A DNA stretch of 52,818 bases from Candidatus Aenigmatarchaeota archaeon (lineage in GTDB: Archaea > Aenigmatarchaeota > Aenigmatarchaeia > PWEA01): positions 1 through 52,818 of the forward strand of contig JBKHHE010000005.1 of NCBI GenBank assembly GCA_046539305.1, read 5' to 3'. The translations under genes and the position numbers were made by a program. A model generated the notes under the pieces. The model was not told where the DNA came from. It was given only the letters and a program-made list of their open reading frames with translations, and made no database searches. This document shows positions 45,928 to 52,818 of this stretch, one piece after another (positions within the stretch are counted from its first letter, which is position 1; each line of letters begins with the position of its first letter).

Positions 45928-47445
45928 ATGGATATACAGAAGATAGCGTCTTTTTGTAAAAAGACAGGAATAATTTTTCCGAACTCAGAGATATACGGAG
46001 GGTGCGCCGGGTTCTGGGACTACGGACCTGTAGGTATCCAGATAAAGAGGAACATGAAGGAGCTATGGTGGAACGAGTTCGTGGAGCAGAGGGATGACGT
46101 GGTGGGTATAGATGGTGCCGTAATAACCAGTCCTGAGGTTTGGAAAGCATCGGGACACGTTGATTCCTTCTCCGATCCGCTGGTGGACTGCAAGCGCTGC
46201 AAGAACAGGTTCAGAGCCGACCATCTAATAGAGGACGAGGTCGGCGAAACTGTAGAGGGAATGGACCCAGAGGAGCTGGACGGTCTCATAGAGGAGAATG
46301 GGATAAAATGTCCGAGGTGTGGTGGCGAGCTGACGGATACAAAGGAGTTCAACCTCATGTTTAAGACCAACCTTGGACCTGTGGAGTCCGAGGAGAACAG
46401 GGCCTATCTCCGACCAGAGACAGCACAGCTGATTTTCACCAATTTCAAGCTCGCCAAGGAGACAACGCGCCAGAAACTACCTTTCGGGATAGCACAGATG
46501 GGCAAGGCCTTCAGAAACGAGGTCTCGCCGCGCAACTTCGTCTTCCGAACGAGAGAGTTCGAGCAGATGGAGATAGAGTACTTCGTGCACCCCGACAGGA
46601 GAAACGAATGTCCCTACATGACAGACGAGATAAGGGAATATGAGGTACGGATCCTTCCTAAAGAATACCAGAGAAAGGACAAGAAACATGAAAAAATGAC
46701 CGTGGGGGAGGCGCTTGACCGTGGTTATCTGAACACGGAATGGCACGCCTACTGGCTGTATCAGCACTACAGGTGGTTCGTCGATCTCGGCGTCGACGAG
46801 GAAAATCTTCGCCTGAGAGAGCATACCGAAGACGAAATGGCACATTACGCAAGTTCTTGCTACGATGTAGATTACAAATTTCCTTTCGGCTGGAAGGAGG
46901 TCTACGGGAACGCGGACAGAGGTGACTTTGACCTTAAACAGCACATAGAGCATTCCGGTGAAAACCTCAAGGTATACGACCAGGATAAGGAGGAAAACGT
47001 GATACCCCACGTCGTCTCCGAACCTTCTCAGGGCACCGACAGGAGCGTTCTCACCTTTATAGTGGATGCATACACAGAGGAGGATAGCAGAACCCTTCTC
47101 AAACTCCACCCAAAGCTCGCGCCCATCAAGTGCAGGATATTTCCCCTGATGACCAAGGACGGGCTGGGCGAAAAGGCTGAGAAGATTTACGAGAGGCTAA
47201 AGGGCAAGATGAACGTGGAGTATGAGGAAAGAGGATCAATAGGCAAGAGGTATGCGCGCGCGGATGAAATAGGAGTTCCCTACTGCATAACTGTGGACTA
47301 CGATACGCTGGAGGACGACACCGTTACTATACGAGACAGGGACACCACGGAGCAGATAAGGGTCTCGGTAGACGATCTGACGGAGGTTCTTGAAAAGTTG
47401 GTTGAAGAAAAACTCACACTTAAAGAAGCCGGCGAAGCTTACTGA
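45928..47445 (+). CDS. glyS: Glycine--tRNA ligase (alpha2 type)
   Basis: EIYGG, YLRPETAQ, FRNEVSPR, REFEQME, EPS.G, SIGKRY.R.DEIG. Confidence 0.96.
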   Translation: MDIQKIASFCKKTGIIFPNSEIYGGCAGFWDYGPVGIQIKRNMKELWWNEFVEQRDDVVGIDGAVITSPEVWKASGHVDSFSDPLVDCKRCKNRFRADHLIEDEVGETVEGMDPEELDGLIEENGIKCPRCGGELTDTKEFNLMFKTNLGPVESEENRAYLRPETAQLIFTNFKLAKETTRQKLPFGIAQMGKAFRNEVSPRNFVFRTREFEQMEIEYFVHPDRRNECPYMTDEIREYEVRILPKEYQRKDKKHEKMTVGEALDRGYLNTEWHAYWLYQHYRWFVDLGVDEENLRLREHTEDEMAHYASSCYDVDYKFPFGWKEVYGNADRGDFDLKQHIEHSGENLKVYDQDKEENVIPHVVSEPSQGTDRSVLTFIVDAYTEEDSRTLLKLHPKLAPIKCRIFPLMTKDGLGEKAEKIYERLKGKMNVEYEERGSIGKRYARADEIGVPYCITVDYDTLEDDTVTIRDRDTTEQIRVSVDDLTEVLEKLVEEKLTLKEAGEAY

Positions 47446-47460
47446 TTATTTTTCGAGCGT

Positions 47461-48594
47461 CTATCCTCCCTCTCTTCTTCTTTCCACCTTCTTCTCGTGA
47501 TGTTTTGTGAACCTTTTCTCGAGCTTCTCCAGGCATTTGTTTACCGCTTCCGCCGCCTCCCATTCCCAGTCCTGCTTGGCGGTGAAGAGCCCGTCAGAGG
47601 TGAAAAGCCTGGCGTGCGTGGAATACTGTGCGTTTTTTCCCTCACGGTTCTGGGACTTCATATGCACGATTAGACTTTGAACATCGTCGAACATTCTCCC
47701 TGCTTTCTTTACCTTTCTCTCCGCCATATCTAGCATCTTGTCTCGCGCAAAATTATCAAAATCCTTTACTCCCGCGAGCTGTATATATGCTCCCTTCTCC
47801 TCTATTTTTGAAGCAACAAGCTCCATTATATCTTTCGGCGTGACTATGGCCACGGGCTTGTCTTCTTCCACAGCTATTGCATAAAGGCTGTTTTTCTTGC
47901 TCATTTTCTTCGCAGCTTCCTTCAGACTGGAACCGCACGACATGGCGAGTGGGGATCGGTTCATTATTCCTGTTACCGGCGAATCCCTCTCTGGAAGTGA
48001 TTCCCCCTTTCTTTCACCTACCTGCATGGCCTTCTCAGGGTTGAACGTCTTAACAAGGCCGGAAAGATCCACGGATCCAATCAACTTCCCATCCTTGTCA
48101 ACAACGGGCAGCCTCGCGATCCTATTTTCTCTCATCAGGGCCTTTGCCCTTCCTATAGTTTCACTTTCAGTAATGGTCACGAGTTCCAGAGACATGTCTT
48201 CTATTTTTTTGTCGCCAAAACTCTCGTCCTTGGAAACAGCATCTATTATTTCAGCCTGAGTGATTGTTCCAATGAAGTTTCCGTTTTCATAGACCGGGCA
48301 GGCTCTGGAACCTGTTTCGAGCATCTTCTCCGCCACCTCCACAAGGTTCATTTCTGCGTCTATCGTCGGGGAATGAATTAGAAGCTTCTTCACCTTCGTC
48401 TTTGGGGAGGTGGACCTCTGAAGTATTTTTCTCCAGGTTATGATACCTTTAAGCTCCTCGTCTTCCATCACAGGCACTGCAAAGACATCCTCGTCTCTGA
48501 TCTTGCTCAGAACTTCTCTGATGTCGTCATCGGAGTCCACTGAAAAGTAGTTTTCGTCTATAATGGACTTTACCTTTACATTTTCAATCTTCAT
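47461..48594 (-). CDS. CBS-domain protein with C-terminal HPF/RaiA-like domain (putative ribosome hibernation factor)
   Basis: Four CBS repeats, then a beta-alpha-beta-beta-beta-alpha-like segment (KVKK..R.F.....L.VH...Y....RL....F.A....W....A....LEKLEK). Confidence 0.7.
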   Translation of the reverse strand: MKIENVKVKSIIDENYFSVDSDDDIREVLSKIRDEDVFAVPVMEDEELKGIITWRKILQRSTSPKTKVKKLLIHSPTIDAEMNLVEVAEKMLETGSRACPVYENGNFIGTITQAEIIDAVSKDESFGDKKIEDMSLELVTITESETIGRAKALMRENRIARLPVVDKDGKLIGSVDLSGLVKTFNPEKAMQVGERKGESLPERDSPVTGIMNRSPLAMSCGSSLKEAAKKMSKKNSLYAIAVEEDKPVAIVTPKDIMELVASKIEEKGAYIQLAGVKDFDNFARDKMLDMAERKVKKAGRMFDDVQSLIVHMKSQNREGKNAQYSTHARLFTSDGLFTAKQDWEWEAAEAVNKCLEKLEKRFTKHHEKKVERRREGG

Positions 48595-49673
48595 GGCTTT
48601 ATCCTCCTTATCCTGTAGTATTTTTTAGTTCCATCCACAACTCCTAAGGTTGGCTTGCTCCTTATATTTAAAGCTAATCTGACGAACCGCGAAAGCTCGG
48701 GGTAGGACCAGGTGAAGTTCTCAGGAACCGCATGTACAACCCACTTGGTGTGCTCGTCGGGGCTTTTCTGACCACGTTTAAGTTCCACTCCACGGTCGTA
48801 GACACGGAAATGTGTCCCGAACTTGAAACCGCATTTTACGAGGAACCCTTTTTCGCGCAGGTCCTCGTAGACTTTGTGTTTGTTCTCAAATTCGATATCC
48901 TTTTCCTTGCCCATTTTTCTAAGTTCATCCGTACCTACCTTTTCCCCATCTTTCTCCACCTCAAGTTTTCCCCTTTCCGAGAGGAAAACGGCTTCCACGA
49001 GATTCAGTTCCACCCTTCCGTCCCTCTTCTTCCCGAAGTATCGGGGCCCATATATATTTTCCAGGTCCTCCCAGACTACTACGGTCTTGTCCTCCAGAAA
49101 CCCCCTGACACGCTCCACCTTGTCTAATCCTTCCTTTACCCCTTCGTTTAACCTTCCCTCTTCCTCTACTTCGTAGTAGGTGACGTCACCTTCCTCGTCT
49201 ACTATGCCCAATGCCAGTTTGCTACGTATGTTTTTGGCCTCTTCTAACTTGTCCGTTTTTTCCTTCAAAGAAAATTCTGAGTCAGTCCTTACGACGTCCA
49301 GCAACCATCTCACATGCTTCAACTTTTTCTCGTTTTCGTCGAAGGATACTCCTCTTTCGTATACTCTTAGGTCACAGGGAAATGAGTAACCCGGCCGGAC
49401 GATAAATCCTCTGTTCCTTAGGTCCTGGTAAACGAGCAGCTTCTCATGGAAGTTCTCCACCAGATTGCAGGCTTCTCTGTAAAACTTTTCCTCACCCAGT
49501 TCTTCCTCCTCTTTCACTACTTTCAGTTTATCTCTCTGCATGAGATTCATGGCTTCGGCGGGCTCCAGGAGGAGTTTTTCTTTCTTCATTCTACCGTAGC
49601 CCCCGATATTGAACACCTCCTCGGGTTCGTTTTCCACGACTATCTTCCCGTCCTTTAGTTCAGCCTGATACAT
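48591..49673 (-). CDS. endA: tRNA-intron endonuclease, two-unit (alpha2-like)
   Basis: Two tandem units: VYQDLR.RG...DEEGDVTYY (structural) and VYEDLR.KG..VK.GFKFG..FRVY...H (catalytic). Confidence 0.9.
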   Translation of the reverse strand: MYQAELKDGKIVVENEPEEVFNIGGYGRMKKEKLLLEPAEAMNLMQRDKLKVVKEEEELGEEKFYREACNLVENFHEKLLVYQDLRNRGFIVRPGYSFPCDLRVYERGVSFDENEKKLKHVRWLLDVVRTDSEFSLKEKTDKLEEAKNIRSKLALGIVDEEGDVTYYEVEEEGRLNEGVKEGLDKVERVRGFLEDKTVVVWEDLENIYGPRYFGKKRDGRVELNLVEAVFLSERGKLEVEKDGEKVGTDELRKMGKEKDIEFENKHKVYEDLREKGFLVKCGFKFGTHFRVYDRGVELKRGQKSPDEHTKWVVHAVPENFTWSYPELSRFVRLALNIRSKPTLGVVDGTKKYYRIRRIKP

Positions 49674-49797
49674 TTTGGCGCCCCCCGACAGACAAGTTAT
49701 TTTTAAATAGATGTTTAAACCTTTTCCTCTCCACAAGCAATTAACCTCCACTTTATTTAAACTTCCAAGGACCAAGGTATGTGTGAGGAGATGGGAC

Positions 49798-50085
49798 ATG
49801 TTCCAGAGACTGAGATCGTGGTATAACAGGGCCTACCGCAAGAACTACTGTCCAAACTGCGAGGAGAAAATAACCCCTAAAGAAGTGTACAGATGGGAAG
49901 TTGTTGTTATAGGCGCCCTTGGTGTGCCCCTCGCAATAGGTCTTTATGGGGGCATAGTTGGTATCTTGGTCCTTCTATTGGCGGTCCTCGCGTTCTTCTT
50001 GGACAGACTTTACGTCTGGGACAGGATGTGTCCAAACTGCGGTACCCCATACAAGGACTTGGAGAGAAGAGATGTAGAGGAGTAA
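49798..50085 (+). CDS. LITAF-like Zn-ribbon membrane protein
   Basis: CPNC - hydrophobic hairpin - CPNC. Confidence 0.6.
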   Translation: MFQRLRSWYNRAYRKNYCPNCEEKITPKEVYRWEVVVIGALGVPLAIGLYGGIVGILVLLLAVLAFFLDRLYVWDRMCPNCGTPYKDLERRDVEE

Positions 50086-50093
50086 GAAACGGA

Positions 50094-50618
50094 CTACCCG
50101 AGTGGAAGACCTTTGGTTGATATATTCAGTTGACATTCCTCGCAAAAGTTCTCGCCCTTGTCGTCGATACCTTTCACTGAGCCAGAATACTGCATGACAC
50201 AACCCGGATTTTCACAATGATCCATTCCGAAGCAGTGGCCAAGTTCGTGTATCACTTCTTTTTTCAGCCTCCTGAGAAATATGTCGTTGTCTCCCTCCTC
50301 GTCGTAGAACCTGGGATCGAGCCTGTGCATACTGACAATTGCGGGACCTCTGTATTCCGCTTCACCGAAAACGTAGTTGTTGCCCTTGCTGTACACGTCC
50401 TCTTTCGTTATAAGAACCTGTATTCCGTCCTCTCGGAACGAGTCCATCACCCTCTCTGCCATATACTGGTCGCGAAAGTCATTGTAACTTTCGTCAGGAA
50501 ACCTTACTTTTCCTTTGACGTAGAACCTGAGTTTTTTGAAATGACTGTTAAGCATATTTTTTGTTTTCCTGAGGGCATCCTCCGGAACCTTTCCAACACC
50601 AAGGAGAGGGATGCGCAT
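50094..50618 (-). CDS. amzA: Archaemetzincin Zn-dependent protease (M54)
   Basis: R.QY.A, NYVFG.A, KE..HELGH.FG..HC....CVM..S, FC..C. Confidence 0.92.
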   Translation of the reverse strand: MRIPLLGVGKVPEDALRKTKNMLNSHFKKLRFYVKGKVRFPDESYNDFRDQYMAERVMDSFREDGIQVLITKEDVYSKGNNYVFGEAEYRGPAIVSMHRLDPRFYDEEGDNDIFLRRLKKEVIHELGHCFGMDHCENPGCVMQYSGSVKGIDDKGENFCEECQLNISTKGLPLG

Positions 50619-50672
50619 GTTATCGTATAGTTATTGGGCGTCTATACTAATAAGCTTTGGAAGGTGGAGAAG

Positions 50673-50805
50673 TGGTGGGAGGGGTGGGATTTGAACCCAC
50701 GACAACCAGATCTCCATCAGGATCTTCAGTCTGGCGCTTTCGGGATTTCGTACGGGCGAACCGAAAACCTTGGTTCCGAATTCTCCCGAGCTGAGCTACC
50801 CTCCC
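50673..50805 (-). tRNA. tRNA-Phe(GAA) with two introns (D-arm about 50739-50782; anticodon loop about 50712-50723)
   Basis: Acceptor GGGAGGG/CCCTCCC, D-stem GCTC/GAGC restored by removing 44 nt, CCAGA-CTGAAG[12 nt]A-TCTGG, T-arm GTGGG-TTCAAAT-CCCAC, CCA. Confidence 0.85.
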
Positions 50806-50893
50806 TCAAACGCGCTTTGAAATAACTCCTCCTAGATATAAAAAACTTTCTTCCAGCCTTCCCCGTACCGTGTGTCTTCTCCGTCCAAGTCTT

Positions 50894-51094
50894 CTAGTGC
50901 AAATCCCCTGGCTTGTCCCTCTTATAGGAGTGGATTATTACCAAGAGGGAGGTAACTATAGCTGCCACCAGGAAAGAAACCCCGAAATTAGGGCCGATAC
51001 CCAGTTCCGTTGTATAGTGCAATACTCCGAACACCAGTAGTAGAATTGCTACGAATATAGGACCTTCCTCTTCAAGCTGCCATCCATATTTCAT
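50894..51094 (-). CDS. Small two-TM membrane protein
   Basis: 66 aa from ATG 51094 with two hydrophobic helices. Confidence 0.55.
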   Translation of the reverse strand: MKYGWQLEEEGPIFVAILLLVFGVLHYTTELGIGPNFGVSFLVAAIVTSLLVIIHSYKRDKPGDLH

Positions 51095-51188
51095 GTTTAT
51101 ATAATATAGTCTTAAGTATAAAAGATTGTGGCGACATCCCTGATAAAAAGGTTTATAAACTTTCACCCATCAAACTGGACCGGGTAGT

Positions 51189-51347
51189 ATGGCCAAGAAA
51201 AATCAGAGGAAGATGCCTTCAGGATTCGCGGGGCTTACCCGCTACTTCGACGAGTCACCGGAGAAGATCAAGCTCACACCGCACCAGGTTGTAATTTTCT
51301 CCGTTTCCATTATAGTGTTGGTCAGCGCACTCAAATATATAATGTGA
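51189..51347 (+). CDS. secG: Preprotein translocase subunit Sec61beta (SecG)
   Basis: Manually translated MAKKNQRKMPSGFAGLTRYFDESPEKIKLTPHQVV..., carrying the AGL.RYF...K..P signature. Not in the ORF track. Confidence 0.9.
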   Translation: MAKKNQRKMPSGFAGLTRYFDESPEKIKLTPHQVVIFSVSIIVLVSALKYIM

Positions 51348-51364
51348 TTTTCTCAAGTGCTAGC

Positions 51365-52126
51365 ATGGAAAGAGACCGACTACTGTTTTTACTTGTACTG
51401 ATTTTTATCCTGGGAGCCTTCGTTTTTGCGGAGCATGGTGAGAGTTACGAAGTAAGATATGAAAACGTCACCAGAGTTATAGATGGCGACACCTTCGTCG
51501 TGGAAGGTAACGAAACAGTACGACCCAAAGGATTTGACACCACAGAAACAGGAGAAGAATGTTCTGAGGAGGCCATGGAGTGGGTGGAGGAAAGGATAGA
51601 TGGTGAAGAAGTAAAAATGAAGGTCACAGGGGAAGACATCTACGGCCGAACCCTGGCGCACGTATACCACGAAGGCGAGCATCTGGGAAATCAACTGGTG
51701 GGGGAGGGCCTTGCCTATACCTACTACTTAGACGAGGACGGGATGTTTGTTGACGATCTGATAGAGAAGGAGAGGAAAGCCATGGAAGACAACAGAGGCT
51801 GTCTATGGAGTAGGGATCTCGGAAATCCGGAAGAGGTAATCGATGCGTGTGATGCTGACGGACACGTTTCCGAGGTTTCGGTGGTTGAGGGAGTTGTTGA
51901 AGATGTAAGTAGAGCGGAGAATATAACTTTCCTCAACTTCGGGGAGGAGCATCCCGACCACTGTTTTACGGGTGTGGTGTGGGACAGTTACAGGCCCAGG
52001 TTTCCGGAAGACTGGAAAACCTACGAAAACAAGACCGTCAGGATTGAAGGCCTGGTAACTGAGTACGATGAAAAGCCTCAGGTAGAGCTGAGAGACTCAC
52101 TCCAGATAAAAGTCCTCGAGCCGTGA
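51365..52126 (+). CDS. Secreted thermonuclease (SNase) with C-terminal OB fold
   Basis: Signal/TM, VIDGDT, D.YGR.LA.V, then TFLNFG..HP...FT.V...G.V..Y..KPQ. Confidence 0.85.
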   Translation: MERDRLLFLLVLIFILGAFVFAEHGESYEVRYENVTRVIDGDTFVVEGNETVRPKGFDTTETGEECSEEAMEWVEERIDGEEVKMKVTGEDIYGRTLAHVYHEGEHLGNQLVGEGLAYTYYLDEDGMFVDDLIEKERKAMEDNRGCLWSRDLGNPEEVIDACDADGHVSEVSVVEGVVEDVSRAENITFLNFGEEHPDHCFTGVVWDSYRPRFPEDWKTYENKTVRIEGLVTEYDEKPQVELRDSLQIKVLEP

Positions 52127-52386
52127 CCAATTATAGGAGGGGTTCAATACCCGAGAAAATGGCGCCCGGAGCAGACTACGATATTTAATGTAGAAAGGCG
52201 GGGACGCAAAGTCGGTTCGTGTTTCTTTCAGGGCAGTTTTTGGTGTTGAATCTACTTAAAAGTTGTAGTGGCTAAAGGAACTCAGAATCTGAAGGACAGA
52301 GGATATAGAAATAAGGAAGTTTAGAAGCCTCAATGAACTTATAATCCTATGCCATCTTGGGTCATTGATTCCCTTCATAATTATAC

Positions 52387-52602
52387 TCACCAATAACCAA
52401 GGTAAGTCAATATAAGGAAAATTATTATAAAAAATATTAGGATAGGACTAAGGACAATAGCCCGTGTCCGTGCAGCTTTATACCAGGTTTTTTCAAAATC
52501 TTTGAGTTCCTTTCCAGACCTCTTTTTCCTGATAATATAAACAGTATAACTCAAAGAAAGTACAACAAGGACGAGTGCTGTTATTGGTTCTGTATAAGAC
52601 AT
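52387..52602 (-). CDS. Small two-TM membrane protein (islet cargo)
   Basis: 71 aa, two TM helices, low GC, GGAGGT SD. Confidence 0.6.
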   Translation of the reverse strand: MSYTEPITALVLVVLSLSYTVYIIRKKRSGKELKDFEKTWYKAARTRAIVLSPILIFFIIIFLILTYLGYW

Positions 52603-52725
52603 TCTTTATTACCTCCCAATGCCTGATATAATTATTACCACTCGTGTTTTTAAATTTCATTATATAGCAAAAATAGGAACCAAGACTTGGGATCTTTCTA
52701 CCCAAAGTTCCTATAAGTCAAGAAG

Positions 52726-52740
52726 ATGTAGTGCCTAAAA
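52726..52740 (-). repeat. Dispersed motif copy 7 (ATGTAGTGCCTAAAA on + strand)
   Basis: Exact 15-bp match; a variant TGTAGTGGCTAAA lies at 52264-52276. Confidence 0.9.
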
Positions 52741-52772
52741 ATACGACCTAATCGATACCTTGTGAGGGAATA

Positions 52773-52818
52773 GCGCCCGGAGCAGGATTCGAACCTGCGA
52801 CAACCACGTTAACAGCGT
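52773..52818 (-). tRNA. tRNA-Asn(GTT), 3' portion (truncated by window end)
   Basis: Minus strand ..ACG-CTGTTAA-CGTGG, GCAGG-TTCGAAT-CCTGC, TCCGGGC-G. Confidence 0.85.

Larger units (their letters stand above)
52158..52785. mobile_element. About 0.6-kb islet at the tRNA-Asn 3' end bounded by att-like direct repeats
   Basis: AATGGCGCCCGGAGCAG (52158-52174) versus AATAGCGCCCGGAGCAG (52769-52785); interior is AT-rich; no integrase inside. Confidence 0.7.

Overview
A 52.8-kb chromosomal segment of an archaeon with an acidic, probably salt-adapted proteome. The gene set and style suggest DPANN, plausibly the Aenigmarchaeota/Nanohaloarchaeota neighbourhood (inference, not a phylogeny). It contains the replication origin (five ORB boxes, 7158-7448) followed by cdc6, a 48-aa microprotein, a catalytically dead PolD-small-subunit (DP1) paralog and a PolB that ends in a DP2-type Zn finger. 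That arrangement looks like a eukaryote-style 'PolB catalytic subunit + inactive B subunit' polymerase. A non-palindromic 13-15 bp motif (TTTTAGGCACTACAT) occurs seven times. Five copies lie within about 5 kb of the origin, two of them directly upstream of an unannotated 54-aa protein resembling the N-terminal domain of IS1634 transposases. Other copies bracket a type IV TA-like cassette or sit inside a tRNA-Asn islet. The rest is mostly housekeeping: radA, RPA, histone, alaS, the L12-L10-L1-L11-spt5-secE-ftsZ cluster, a bacterial-type leuS, minD, pheST, glyS, endA and secG. There are also cysD/cysN, three intron-containing tRNAs (two with D-arm introns), a partial tRNA-Asn, two tRNA-anchored duplication scars, and two unexplained AT-rich loci next to wHTH or AAA-wHTH genes. 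No CRISPR array, rRNA, intact integrase or full transposase was seen.
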